Shown in pieces: positions 38,717-48,363 of a stretch of 64,000 bases of DNA (its first letter is position 1; each line of letters starts with the position of its first letter). Location: the IMG/VR virus record IMGVR_UViG_3300022745_000018, positions 1 through 64,000 of that record, one strand, 5' to 3'. The position numbers and the translations under genes were made by a program. Below the pieces are notes generated by a model. The model saw only the letters and a program-made list of their open reading frames with translations, did no database searches and was not told where the DNA came from. Source of the stretch: a virus.

Positions 38717-40111
38717 TCAATCGTAACTAAAATCGTCAAATGTGGTATTCGATTCAGAGATTTTGGATTTCTCCCAGATCTCATCAGAGAACATTTTTCC
38801 GCTACCTTTTTGTGGTTGAGCCTTCTCCACAGATGGGTTGTCCAAATCATACATCCGCATCTTCGAGTAATCGACACCCATCATGAATTTATTAGGGTCA
38901 TCCAATGATTTGTAGCGATTCTTCAACTGTCTGAACATCAATTGTTTCATTTGCTTCAAATCATCCGTGTTAATGATGGCACAGAACCAGTCAGCGATCA
39001 TCGGTGTACCTAGAGATTCGGATGTAGATGTCATGTCGACATCTGTGTTACCTACACCAGAACGGTTTGTCTGAACCGCAGTAATCACGGCGCAATTTGT
39101 TTCAATCGCCAATGCTCGGAGTTCTTCACCAACTGATTTCTGGATCGTGTATGAGTTTGCACCAGACGAAGGTTTGAATTTCTCTGATGCAACAATGCCC
39201 ATGTAGTCCACAATGATCAAATCGGGGACGAAGTTCTGTTTGGTCTTCAAGTCCTGGAGTAATGATCTGAAATGCCCACAATGAGAAGCACCCGTGGGAA
39301 ATTCCTTGATCTTCAGAACACCTCTGCTTTTCTCGATGACTGATTTGAACTTGTTATTGAAAACTGGTTTCGATAACATCTTGAGTGTTTCTGTGTCCAC
39401 ACCCATCATGTTCAAGTCATGACGTAGACCGATTTCAAACTCAGACATCTCAGCGGAGATGTACAAGACGTTGTAACCAGCCAATAGAGCACCAACACTG
39501 AAGTTAGACATCACAAACGATTTGCCGCCGTGAGGTGGTGCCAACAGAATATTGAGAGTCTTCCTCGGGAATCCACCACCAGTGATTTTGTCAAACATCA
39601 CAGACCCGGTAGGGATCCTAGCTTCAACCGAATGATAGTATTCCCAACGGAGTTCGGCTTCAGTCAAGTAATCGTGGCCTACTTGTGTATCGAAACAAAT
39701 AGATAGAGCTTGTGTGAGGATTGATGGGATAGCATCAGGGGTCATCTTGGACTGACCATCCGCAATCAAAACAGATTCTCTTAGAGCATTGTAGATTGCT
39801 TGATCTTTACAGAATTTCTCCGTAGCATCCATGAGATACTTCAGAGATTCAGTAAACTCCACGGTGGAAGAAATGACGTTCTTCAGTCCAGCATACAGTT
39901 CAGCGGAACCTTTGAGATTCTCAATCTCAACCAACAGTGCTTGTTTTGATGGTAAACCATTGTGCTTGGTGAAATACCGCGAATAGATCTTGAAAAGTGC
40001 TTTATCTTCTTTCTGCTGGAAGTACTCATCACGTAGATGAGGCATCACTCGCCTAGCATATTCCTCATTGGTTATAAGCTGTGAAAAAATTAGATCTTCT
40101 GTACGCATCAA
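38717..40111 (-). CDS. 41: replicative DnaB-like helicase (gp41)
   Basis: APPHGGKS Walker A, IIVDY, EELRALA, SES.G, QLKNRY. Confidence 0.95.
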   Translation of the reverse strand: MMRTEDLIFSQLITNEEYARRVMPHLRDEYFQQKEDKALFKIYSRYFTKHNGLPSKQALLVEIENLKGSAELYAGLKNVISSTVEFTESLKYLMDATEKFCKDQAIYNALRESVLIADGQSKMTPDAIPSILTQALSICFDTQVGHDYLTEAELRWEYYHSVEARIPTGSVMFDKITGGGFPRKTLNILLAPPHGGKSFVMSNFSVGALLAGYNVLYISAEMSEFEIGLRHDLNMMGVDTETLKMLSKPVFNNKFKSVIEKSRGVLKIKEFPTGASHCGHFRSLLQDLKTKQNFVPDLIIVDYMGIVASEKFKPSSGANSYTIQKSVGEELRALAIETNCAVITAVQTNRSGVGNTDVDMTSTSESLGTPMIADWFCAIINTDDLKQMKQLMFRQLKNRYKSLDDPNKFMMGVDYSKMRMYDLDNPSVEKAQPQKGSGKMFSDEIWEKSKISESNTTFDDFSYD

Positions 40112-40132
40112 GCGCCTTCATAACAAAATTAA

Positions 40133-40175
40133 ATTGTAATACCGCCGAGCGGACATGTAAAATAATCCGCTCGGC
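40133..40175 (-). promoter_or_regulatory. TTTACA-N17-TACAAT promoter whose -35 region lies between the arms of a 10-bp inverted repeat
   Basis: GCCGAGCGGA (40144-53) / TCCGCTCGGC (40166-75). Confidence 0.65.
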
Positions 40176-40184
40176 TTCTACCCA

Positions 40185-41246
40185 TCAATTAGACGACGGG
40201 TCGTCCTCAGCTACAAGAGTACCGTGGCTCAGTTGGAATTGTTTCCGTACCCATTCTTTGAATGACGGATTGGAAACAACTTTACCAAGGAACTCTTCGT
40301 TTGCAGTGTCCTTTTCGCGGACTTTACCACCAATGATTTCACCAGTCTCTTTATCAACGAGTTGATACCAACCGTTAGACGGTTTGATGACATGACCAGA
40401 TTCAATAGCCCATTCGAGGATACCAGAATATCGTTGAATGCCGCCCTCAAATGTAACCACAATCGGAATCACTGACTTCTCTTTAACATATCGTGATTTC
40501 TCAACCTTCAACTTGAAGTTCCAACCAACCAGATCTGTACCATCCTTCTCTTGCGACTTACCAATGAAGAAGACCACATCGGAGGATAGCATTCCGCTCG
40601 TCCCACCTGACATGATGGTTTTAGCGAACATACCCTGTTCTTCATAGACGTGTTGAATCGCTAGCAAAGACAAGTCTTTGATTGTTAAGTGCGGTGTAAC
40701 TAAACGCCACAGAGATTTGATCGACTTGGCTCGTGTACCCATGTCAGTTGCAGCAGATTCTTTTTCGGCATCAGAAGTTTCTTTCGTTGATGCAAGATTG
40801 CCGATACTGTCAACCATGAAGATGACTTTCTCACCGCGTTTGATTGCGTCGGCACCAGTCAATTTCTTCATTAGATCGAACTTCAGTTCTTCAACAGAAG
40901 TGATAGGGATATGCAAAACTCTATCTGGAGAGATGCCAGCAGCGACTAAAGTAGCTTCACTGATACCGAATTCGCAATCATACAAGACAAGAATTGCGTC
41001 TTGATGACGTTTTAGATAAGCAGATGCAAGAACGAGAGCATACGTACTCTTAAAATGTCTAGATGGACCAGCCAAGCTAATTAGACCAGAACGGAATCCA
41101 CCATCAATATCGCCAGACAAAGCAACATTGAGTGCATAGATTGGTGTTGGTGTAGTAGACTTATCCACAAACAACGTAGACTGAGACAAGACCTCCGCCT
41201 CTTTGATGGACGAAGCTTTTTTGAGTTTACTCATTAGAGTTGACAT
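40185..41246 (-). CDS. uvsX: RecA-like recombinase UvsX
   Basis: LNVALSG, AGPSRHFKS, DSIGNLAS, SGGT motifs. Confidence 0.95.
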   Translation of the reverse strand: MSTLMSKLKKASSIKEAEVLSQSTLFVDKSTTPTPIYALNVALSGDIDGGFRSGLISLAGPSRHFKSTYALVLASAYLKRHQDAILVLYDCEFGISEATLVAAGISPDRVLHIPITSVEELKFDLMKKLTGADAIKRGEKVIFMVDSIGNLASTKETSDAEKESAATDMGTRAKSIKSLWRLVTPHLTIKDLSLLAIQHVYEEQGMFAKTIMSGGTSGMLSSDVVFFIGKSQEKDGTDLVGWNFKLKVEKSRYVKEKSVIPIVVTFEGGIQRYSGILEWAIESGHVIKPSNGWYQLVDKETGEIIGGKVREKDTANEEFLGKVVSNPSFKEWVRKQFQLSHGTLVAEDDPSSN

Positions 41247-41287
41247 ATATGTTTCCTTTTGTGAAAAATTGTAATGTAAATGTTACT

Positions 41288-43843
41288 TTATGCGAAAATG
41301 CTGATATCGTTTTCCTCTTCAACGGACCACTTTACAGCCTCCATGATTTTAGTTAGCGGATCTAGGAATACTTTCCTGAACTGCAGCTTGTAATCCACGT
41401 ATTCGTCCAATTTGAACTCAGGTGGTAACTTGTCCATAAAAGCAATCACATTCTCTCCCATTCTCATCGTGTTTGGGACAGTCAAATAAAGGAATCTGAT
41501 CTTATCACCTTCATTGATTTTCTGATACTTGCTAACCAGTTGAAATTTATCAATCAGATGGTTATGTAATAGGCTTGCTCTAACCGCGATAGGGCATGCA
41601 ACATCTTTCCTGTAGATCGTTGACTTGCTTGAATATTCTCTAAGGTTGTTCGCGGATCTTGGGAATGCAATTTCATGTGGTTCAAGAGCCATGAATGTAA
41701 CTTCATATTTCTGAATCATTTCACGAACATGTTCAACAGGTTTACCGTCAAGAATAGCGACGATGCATTCCATCAACCATCCGCGGACGACGTCTGGTGT
41801 TGAACTGCGATTCGTCTCAATACCAGTGACTTTGTATTCAGGTTCGGCATAACGAACACCTTCATTATCAATCACCTTAAGAGAATACTTCTTCGGAGCC
41901 ATCCAGAAACCAGAACTTGAGATCGCCTCACGTTTGAACTGCAAGTCATTTGAATAGAAACTCAATTGTTTAGAAATCTTATCCGTGGTCTCTTGTAGAA
42001 CAGGATCGAGCTTGATCTTCACATACTTATCAATTGCGTCGGCAATTTTCTGCGGAGAAGATGCTGGTAATTTCTTCACAAGATCGTCAACCAACAAATA
42101 AGTTGAATCTGTATCGGCATAGATAGAATACAACTTGTTCGGATTGAAGTTCTCTTTCATATACTCATCCAAACGGCGGTTCACGCTACGCACAGCGAAT
42201 CGACCAGTCATCGTGATACCTTCAGCGATACGGTTATCAAAGAACATGAAGAACTTATTACCCGCTGCACCGAACAAGCTGTTTAGAGTAACCTTCAGGG
42301 CCAATTGAAGAACCCCTTGGAACGATGCTTCTTTGTCGCATGCATCAATTTCTTTGCGGAGCTGATCCAATGAAAGTGCTGCGTAGTCCTTAGATGGTTC
42401 CGATCCGCTTTGACGTTTCGTCAATTCTTCCTTTAGAACTTCTTTCCTAGTCTTTGCGGAGAGCATCTTCTTCTTGGCCGCTGATCGTTGCTTGAAAGTC
42501 TGATCGGTTAGCTTCGCCATGATGCCGATCTTCTCTTTGGAAAAGATAGCACCGTTAGCAGCCATCGCATACTTTCCATTGGCATACTTTTCTGGAATCC
42601 GCACGCCTTTTAGACAAACTTCGTCATCAATTCCTTCAATGTAATCAATAAGAGTTTCGGGACTCATATTGAGTGAAGTGATGATCTTAGGATATAGGGA
42701 CGTTGCATCAAAAGCAACGCTGTATCCGTAGATGTTTGGTATCGGATCTGCTACATATCCACCGACGATGTTACGGTCAACCTGTGGTTCTTTTGTAATC
42801 GGACAGAAGATATTCTCGTTTAGCAAAGAATGCTTGATGTAATTCTCCCATAACTTAATCGGAGAATAGACGTCATCGTAATTAACCTTGGTCTTATATG
42901 CAAGAGTGATTGCTAAGTAAATCAGACCTAGCTTATCTTCCAATCGTTCAACAAGAACTGCATCATGCTGGTTGTATTCAACAAACGATTCCCAGTCATT
43001 TGTGTAATGCTCTCTGAATGTACCATCGTATTCCTTCTTGGTATCATCAATCTCAACTTGAGCGATGTATCCAAGTTTGTACCTAGGACGATTCATGAAA
43101 CGATACTTCTTATAGAGATCCAGCATATCAAGCTGGATGCGGCCGACGATGTCATACCGTACCTGTTCTCTACCCATCAAGTTGTCTACTTTGCGGTAAA
43201 CACGACCAAACGGGCTCAGTCTTGATAAAGCACTACTGCTTAGAATCTTTTCAATTCTACCAAAGAGATATGCACCGTCGAAGTAAACAGAATTCCATCC
43301 ACTGATGATGTCTACATCGTTATCGATGATATAAGCAATGACCGACTGCAGAAGAGCCGCTTCACTTGCGCAATGAACATAGTTCGGTCGTTTGCTTGGG
43401 TGGATGCCATACGTGACTTTTTCTTTGGTATTGAAATCAATGAATGTCACTAATTGAACGACTTCATTCGGATCCTCAATGTTTGGGAATCCTGATTCCG
43501 TTTCGGTTTCGATATCGATGATGGCGATGCGCAGCTTCGAGATGTCAACCTCGAGCTCTTCAGGGTGCATCCTGTGAATGCAATCATATTCATATGCAGT
43601 ATTGCCATGAATGTTGAATGCTTTACCGTAATCAGAAGCAAAAGTCTTTGCCTCAGTGATTGAATTGAATCTCTTTTCTGCTACGGGATATCCGAACAAC
43701 GAATTTGATTTACCAGAATCGTCTTTGACGTAAAGGTAAGGTTTGTGTTGGATTGTTTGAGTGATGCGACGACCATCTTTATCATAGCCGCGGTATAGAA
43801 CATTGTTACCTGCTCTACTGAAGTAGGTATAGAACATAGACAA
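41288..43843 (-). CDS. 43: family B DNA polymerase (gp43)
   Basis: DIET exonuclease motif, DATSLYP, K..LNS.FG, YADTDS. Confidence 0.97.
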   Translation of the reverse strand: MSMFYTYFSRAGNNVLYRGYDKDGRRITQTIQHKPYLYVKDDSGKSNSLFGYPVAEKRFNSITEAKTFASDYGKAFNIHGNTAYEYDCIHRMHPEELEVDISKLRIAIIDIETETESGFPNIEDPNEVVQLVTFIDFNTKEKVTYGIHPSKRPNYVHCASEAALLQSVIAYIIDNDVDIISGWNSVYFDGAYLFGRIEKILSSSALSRLSPFGRVYRKVDNLMGREQVRYDIVGRIQLDMLDLYKKYRFMNRPRYKLGYIAQVEIDDTKKEYDGTFREHYTNDWESFVEYNQHDAVLVERLEDKLGLIYLAITLAYKTKVNYDDVYSPIKLWENYIKHSLLNENIFCPITKEPQVDRNIVGGYVADPIPNIYGYSVAFDATSLYPKIITSLNMSPETLIDYIEGIDDEVCLKGVRIPEKYANGKYAMAANGAIFSKEKIGIMAKLTDQTFKQRSAAKKKMLSAKTRKEVLKEELTKRQSGSEPSKDYAALSLDQLRKEIDACDKEASFQGVLQLALKVTLNSLFGAAGNKFFMFFDNRIAEGITMTGRFAVRSVNRRLDEYMKENFNPNKLYSIYADTDSTYLLVDDLVKKLPASSPQKIADAIDKYVKIKLDPVLQETTDKISKQLSFYSNDLQFKREAISSSGFWMAPKKYSLKVIDNEGVRYAEPEYKVTGIETNRSSTPDVVRGWLMECIVAILDGKPVEHVREMIQKYEVTFMALEPHEIAFPRSANNLREYSSKSTIYRKDVACPIAVRASLLHNHLIDKFQLVSKYQKINEGDKIRFLYLTVPNTMRMGENVIAFMDKLPPEFKLDEYVDYKLQFRKVFLDPLTKIMEAVKWSVEEENDISIFA

Positions 43844-43849
43844 GTCGGT

Positions 43850-43903
43850 CCTTTCATGGGTTTGTCATTAGATAATTCTAACCCATGAAAGGTGAACTGT
43901 AAA
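43850..43903 (-). promoter_or_regulatory. TTTACA-N17-TAGAAT promoter plus a 13-bp inverted repeat covering the gp43 SD
   Basis: CCTTTCATGGGTT (43850-62) / AACCCATGAAAGG (43880-92). Confidence 0.7.
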
Positions 43904-43906
43904 ATT

Positions 43907-44140
43907 TTAGTTCTTCACGAAAACCGGAAATACACCGCAACTCAATGATTCTGTGTACCTGATGCGGCGATCGGACAGAATCTCATCGACATACTCATCA
44001 TCGCCGAAATACAGAACGCTACAGAGCTGGAATGCCTCTACACGATCATCTGCAATTTCGGCCAACATGTAATACAGTCTAGACCGTGGCTTCGTTAGGG
44101 AGGCGATCTGCTTCTGGAACAAATTGACGAATTTAGTCAT
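43907..44140 (-). CDS. hypothetical protein
   Basis: Probable start MTKFVN overlapping the upstream stop. Confidence 0.5.
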   Translation of the reverse strand: MTKFVNLFQKQIASLTKPRSRLYYMLAEIADDRVEAFQLCSVLYFGDDEYVDEILSDRRIRYTESLSCGVFPVFVKN

Positions 44141-44438
44141 TGGAATCACCGCGGTTCTGACTCTCTTGGAACAGACGTTCGTAGAGTTCAAACACATTCT
44201 CTTTATCAGCAACTGCTTTTGAGAAATTCTGCTTGTGATAGAACTTCGCGATCTGTGTCAAGTAACCTTTAGGGATCTCAGTGTTCTTTGATAGATCTGA
44301 GAACAATTCCTTTAGGAAATCACGTTCACCTTCAATCCTCGTGTACGAAGCAGACGCTTCACGTAGTGCGTCTTTGATTTTCTTTTGGATTTCTGGAGAA
44401 GAAGGGATGACCACACCAGCTTCTTGATTCTTACTCAT
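44133..44438 (-). CDS. DsbA-like double-stranded DNA-binding protein
   Basis: IKDALREAS...IE.E...KE...K.YHKQ pattern. Confidence 0.7.
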   Translation of the reverse strand: MSKNQEAGVVIPSSPEIQKKIKDALREASASYTRIEGERDFLKELFSDLSKNTEIPKGYLTQIAKFYHKQNFSKAVADKENVFELYERLFQESQNRGDSND

Positions 44439-44458
44439 AATGACCTTTCAAATTGAAG

Positions 44459-44680
44459 TCAAGCCGACTTCAACAAATTGATAAAAGATGCCGCCTTTTC
44501 AGGTTCGACAAAGTACTTCATTCTAAATGCACCCTCAACAACATCTTGCACAGCAACCAGGATTGACGTGTCTTGACCGACTTTGATAGCCGAGCACTTC
44601 ACGAGAAACCTGTTTGCAACAATTTCAGTTGGTCTGGACACAATTTCGTTGGGGTGATTCATGTTTGAATTTATCTTCAC
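44459..44680 (-). CDS. hypothetical protein
   Basis: ORF between hsp20 and the DsbA-like gene. Confidence 0.5.
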   Translation of the reverse strand: MKINSNMNHPNEIVSRPTEIVANRFLVKCSAIKVGQDTSILVAVQDVVEGAFRMKYFVEPEKAASFINLLKSA

Positions 44681-44698
44681 GGATCACCCCTTCTATCA

Positions 44699-45094
44699 TC
44701 ACTCGATACTGAATGTCACTGGTTTAGCCGCATCTGGCAAAACACGTGTCATTACAATCTTCAGGATACCGTCTTCAAGAGAGACCTTATCCACAACGAT
44801 ATCATCGTTCAGAAGATACGAAAGAGTGAAGTCGCGACTTGCAAGTCCGCGATGGAAGAACTCGAACGGTTTATCGTCTGTACTCAATTTCTTACCAGAT
44901 ACTTTCAGTTTCCCGTCTTCACGTTTAACTTCAATTTCCGATTTCTTGAAACCCGCAACAGCGATTTCCGCCACATACTTCAAACTCGATTCTCTATACA
45001 GATTGTTGGGAGGGTAAGATACAAATTTCTTGAAATTACCGATCTCATCAAATAGAGAATCGAAGCCGATTAAAGATAGTGCGTTCCTGTTCAT
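44699..45094 (-). CDS. hsp20: small heat shock protein (Hsp20/IbpA family)
   Basis: IGFD.LF, YPP.N, AVAGF, HRGLA.RDF, L.DGIL. Confidence 0.92.
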   Translation of the reverse strand: MNRNALSLIGFDSLFDEIGNFKKFVSYPPNNLYRESSLKYVAEIAVAGFKKSEIEVKREDGKLKVSGKKLSTDDKPFEFFHRGLASRDFTLSYLLNDDIVVDKVSLEDGILKIVMTRVLPDAAKPVTFSIE

Positions 45095-45173
45095 TTTAAC
45101 TCCTTATAGCAAGTTGAATTTACATGGAGACCCGAATGGCATCTCCACGATTTGAGGAACTCCCTCAAATTAC
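45095..45173 (-). promoter_or_regulatory. ROSE-like RNA thermometer in the hsp20 5' UTR
   Basis: Three hairpins; the last is AACUUGCU-AUA-AGGAGUU, pairing UUGCU with the SD. Confidence 0.6.
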
Positions 45174-45608
45174 TTAAGCCTTGTTCCGTTTACCGATCTG
45201 ATACTTCGGAACAAAAAGCCAATCTCGTTTTTCCTTGAACGGAACAACTTTGATGTCCTGAGCATTGGCAGACATATTGATGTTCTGTCCAACGATCTTA
45301 CATAGTTTCCACTGGTGAAGCAGTTTGACGATGGTATCACGTCTCAAGTAGTCCTCATCAGAAATCGTACTGATCTTCCCGTCCAACATAAACAACTCAA
45401 GAAAATGTACGATTCTGTACGTACCCTTCTTGTGTAGAATGTGGCATGACTGGAATAAAGTGTTCGTCTTCTTGGACTTGATACCAATTCGTGTCAACGT
45501 CTCAACAATAACCAGAAAATCATCTGGTTTCGCCAATTCAATTAACACACCTACATCATCATACTTTTGTTTTTCTAATTCGTCCGTCACGACCGCCTCG
45601 CGATTCAT
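45174..45608 (-). CDS. regA: translational repressor RegA
   Basis: PDDFL.I.ETLTRIGI, QSCHILHKKG, VHF.ELF.LDG, PKY.IG. Confidence 0.95.
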   Translation of the reverse strand: MNREAVVTDELEKQKYDDVGVLIELAKPDDFLVIVETLTRIGIKSKKTNTLFQSCHILHKKGTYRIVHFLELFMLDGKISTISDEDYLRRDTIVKLLHQWKLCKIVGQNINMSANAQDIKVVPFKEKRDWLFVPKYQIGKRNKA

Positions 45609-45972
45609 AAAGTTCTTTTACTTTGTCGTGACCAAGAAGATTCATAACAGACATAGCCCTAGACATTGAACAATTCATTTCCGTAGCAACAAATTCAATC
45701 AACTCTTCATCCACATCAGTTTCGGATTTTTTTGTCCACAACTGCTCATATCGGTTGGATTTAGGAATGCCGTATAGATAGAAATCATACTGCAGTTTCT
45801 TATCCAATCCGGGATATTTATTGATCGCTTCTGCGAAGATACAAAAGTTTGCACTATTGGACAACGAACGGTTCACAATGAACGGTACATATTCCTTCTG
45901 AAACATCTCCTCCGTGGAATACAAATTCTCTTTAGTACGAGTGACGGACTTCACATAGTCAAACGGACTCAT
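45559..45972 (-). CDS. 62: clamp loader small subunit (gp62)
   Basis: PFDY, Y.PFIVNRSLS, QYDFY; synteny. Confidence 0.9.
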   Translation of the reverse strand: MSPFDYVKSVTRTKENLYSTEEMFQKEYVPFIVNRSLSNSANFCIFAEAINKYPGLDKKLQYDFYLYGIPKSNRYEQLWTKKSETDVDEELIEFVATEMNCSMSRAMSVMNLLGHDKVKELYESRGGRDGRIRKTKV

Positions 45973-46925
45973 GCATCACCTGCAAATTGGCATGACTTCA
46001 TCACCTCAACAATGAAAGCAACTTGATTGATTTCTTGATCGATGTCCATCGCTGCTCTAAATTGATATTCAGCAATCAACAGAATCAATTGAGGTACATG
46101 TTGGGTCAGCAGTTTCTTAGAAACTTTGTCATAGAACATCCGATAGAAAGCAGACGAATCCATCTGATTGTTAGCCACCCAAGTACGAGCTTTGCTGAAT
46201 TCTTTGTTCTTAATGAAGTCAGACAATTCGTTGATACCACCCTCATCGATTGTAGCAAGGATGCCAGAATCAATCGTGCCTGAGGAAGAGTAGCGTTGGA
46301 GTTCAACGACTGTGCGGCGGAAGTCAGGAAAATTCTTTGCAACAAGACCAGCAACAGCTTTACGGTCATACTTGACATTCTCAGAATCAAGAATGTAGCA
46401 ACAACGAGCCAACATCTGCTTGGCTGCATCTGCAGCCTCAGCTTTAGTGAACTTGAAATTGACTTCCGTCAATCTGGACAAAAGCGGATCAACCAAACGG
46501 TTCTTGTAATTGCAAGTCAGAATGAAGATCGCTGAACCAGAAAATCCATCCAAGAATCCACGCAGAGCAGGTTGAGCCTTATCTGACAAGTAATCACATT
46601 CATCCAATAGAACAACTTTTGGGCTATCGGTCAGACTCGCTGATGTAACGAACTGTGTGATCTTGGTTCGAATCGTGTCAATGTTGCCTTCAAGTGAAGC
46701 ATTGACGAACAAAATGTCAGCATCAAGTTCTTTAGAGATTGCATATGCCAATGTGGTCTTACCGATACCAGCAGTACCAGAAAATAGCATAGGCTGAATG
46801 TCGCCCGCAGCGACGATCTCTTTGATCATCTTCTTTGTTTCTGGTGGCAAAATTGTATCATCAATTTTTCTCGGACGATACTTATGTTCCCAGACAGCAC
46901 TATCAAATACACTACTCATCATCAA
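45969..46925 (-). CDS. 44: clamp loader large subunit (gp44)
   Basis: WEHKYRP, GIGKTT, LDECD, PDFRR. Confidence 0.95.
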   Translation of the reverse strand: MMMSSVFDSAVWEHKYRPRKIDDTILPPETKKMIKEIVAAGDIQPMLFSGTAGIGKTTLAYAISKELDADILFVNASLEGNIDTIRTKITQFVTSASLTDSPKVVLLDECDYLSDKAQPALRGFLDGFSGSAIFILTCNYKNRLVDPLLSRLTEVNFKFTKAEAADAAKQMLARCCYILDSENVKYDRKAVAGLVAKNFPDFRRTVVELQRYSSSGTIDSGILATIDEGGINELSDFIKNKEFSKARTWVANNQMDSSAFYRMFYDKVSKKLLTQHVPQLILLIAEYQFRAAMDIDQEINQVAFIVEVMKSCQFAGDA

Positions 46926-46934
46926 TCCTCATAA

Positions 46935-46966
46935 TCAAAAAGAAAGGTGGAGCATTTGCTCCACCT
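46935..46966 (-). terminator. intrinsic terminator after gp45
   Basis: AGGTGGAGCA-aa-TGCTCCACCT followed by TTCTTTTT. Confidence 0.7.
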
Positions 46967-46972
46967 GCATCA

Positions 46973-47644
46973 TCATTCTTCCCAGACAGTTGGCTTCTTC
47001 TCGCAACCAATGTAGATATCATAATCTACGGTCTTTGATTTGAAGTGTGCCAATTTGCGCTCAGACAGAGACACGTCGTAGATACCAGCTGGCATTTTCA
47101 AGTTTTCGAGTTTGATGTAAACAGCGAACTTGCGTGGAGACGAACCGACCTCAACGGAATACGTATTGCTTGAAGGATTCTGAGGATCAACGACAGAAGC
47201 GGTGATTGTATTACCATCAGAAGAAAGCAGCAGATCGGTGGATCCCAGAACTGCACCAGCCTTCAGGAGAGCTTTAAGAACCTCTTCAGACAATTCAAAC
47301 GAAGCATCTTTTGAAGGCATCTTGACATTCGATTCGGGATAGTCCAGAATCTCTTTATTTGCACAGACATAACGCAGGACATTCTTACCTTCACTGATAG
47401 TGATCACGTTGTGCGAGATGGAGATATCTGGGTCAGTGAATAGGGACACCACACCCAAGAATTCTGACAGATTGTAGATACCAAATTCAGTATCAAATTC
47501 GTCAGAAGAAGGTACCTCAGCGGTCGCGAAAATATTTTTTGCGACCGTGCGAGTACTCAATTTCGTACCAGGTTGAATCAGAATGTTTTGGTTGATGGTG
47601 GCAAAGTTGCGTAACACATCGAGAGTTTGTTTAGACAGTTTCAT
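46973..47644 (-). CDS. 45: sliding clamp (gp45)
   Basis: MKLS..TL..L.NFATIN, FGIY.L.EFL, ENLK. Confidence 0.95.
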   Translation of the reverse strand: MKLSKQTLDVLRNFATINQNILIQPGTKLSTRTVAKNIFATAEVPSSDEFDTEFGIYNLSEFLGVVSLFTDPDISISHNVITISEGKNVLRYVCANKEILDYPESNVKMPSKDASFELSEEVLKALLKAGAVLGSTDLLLSSDGNTITASVVDPQNPSSNTYSVEVGSSPRKFAVYIKLENLKMPAGIYDVSLSERKLAHFKSKTVDYDIYIGCEKKPTVWEE

Positions 47645-47681
47645 TACGAAGTTTCCTTTCAATTTAGCTAAACCAATTTAG

Positions 47682-47709
47682 ATTGTAAACGGTTTAACCG
47701 GAATGTAAA
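47682..47709 (-). promoter_or_regulatory. sigma70-like promoter TTTACA-N16-TACAAT
   Basis: Intergenic, recurring motif. Confidence 0.6.
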
Positions 47710-47710
47710 A

Positions 47711-48121
47711 TTATTTTAGCTTAGCGAACAAGCCGATGTTATCTGCATGCGATGGAGCAGTCCATCCTTCTGGTTTGATCATATCAGGTAGACCCAAAGG
47801 ATTTGGCCTCGATGGTTTGATGCCAGGTTCTTTCTGCATGTTAGCAGTATGCACACGATCCCAAGCCAAATTAGGATTGACGTCAAATGCATTCATCGTA
47901 CCCAGAGACACCACATTGAGATCGGTTAGACCATCAACAACGCCATCAAAGTCACCCTCATTCCATGCATCCTCAATTTCTTGCATTTCTTCCTTCAGGA
48001 ATTTGAGACGAAATTCGAAGAATGTTCGTAGGGTTTCTTTATCGAAATCTTTGACTCGTTTGTTCACACCAAATTTGGTATGAAGATTCTCGATGTCATT
48101 GACCATATCACTATTACTCAT
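47711..48121 (-). CDS. all-alpha NTP pyrophosphohydrolase (MazG/HisE-like; candidate dCTPase)
   Basis: LKEE..E...D.L.DL, V..ANM.K, KPEGW..P motifs. Confidence 0.8.
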   Translation of the reverse strand: MSNSDMVNDIENLHTKFGVNKRVKDFDKETLRTFFEFRLKFLKEEMQEIEDAWNEGDFDGVVDGLTDLNVVSLGTMNAFDVNPNLAWDRVHTANMQKEPGIKPSRPNPLGLPDMIKPEGWTAPSHADNIGLFAKLK

Positions 48122-48307
48122 TCACTTTCCTTCTTTAAAATAATCACTCATCAACTCAAACACATCACCAAACCTACAATCAAAACAACGCTGTGGTTTT
48201 GATTGTTCGGTCCATGATTTGTATAACCAAGCCGGGACATCAATGGTGACCGAATAGACACTACCATCATCGTTGGCCCTAACATTCTTTACACCAATGC
48301 CATTCAT
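48122..48307 (-). CDS. hypothetical protein
   Basis: SD GAAGGA; downstream of promoter 48331-48359. Confidence 0.5.
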   Translation of the reverse strand: MNGIGVKNVRANDDGSVYSVTIDVPAWLYKSWTEQSKPQRCFDCRFGDVFELMSDYFKEGK

Positions 48308-48330
48308 AACAATTCCTTCACTTATAGTAA

Positions 48331-48359
48331 ATCATATCATCACGGAGGAGATATGTAAA
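48331..48359 (-). promoter_or_regulatory. sigma70-like promoter TTTACA-N17-TATGAT
   Basis: Recurring motif. Confidence 0.65.
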
Positions 48360-48363
48360 ATTT

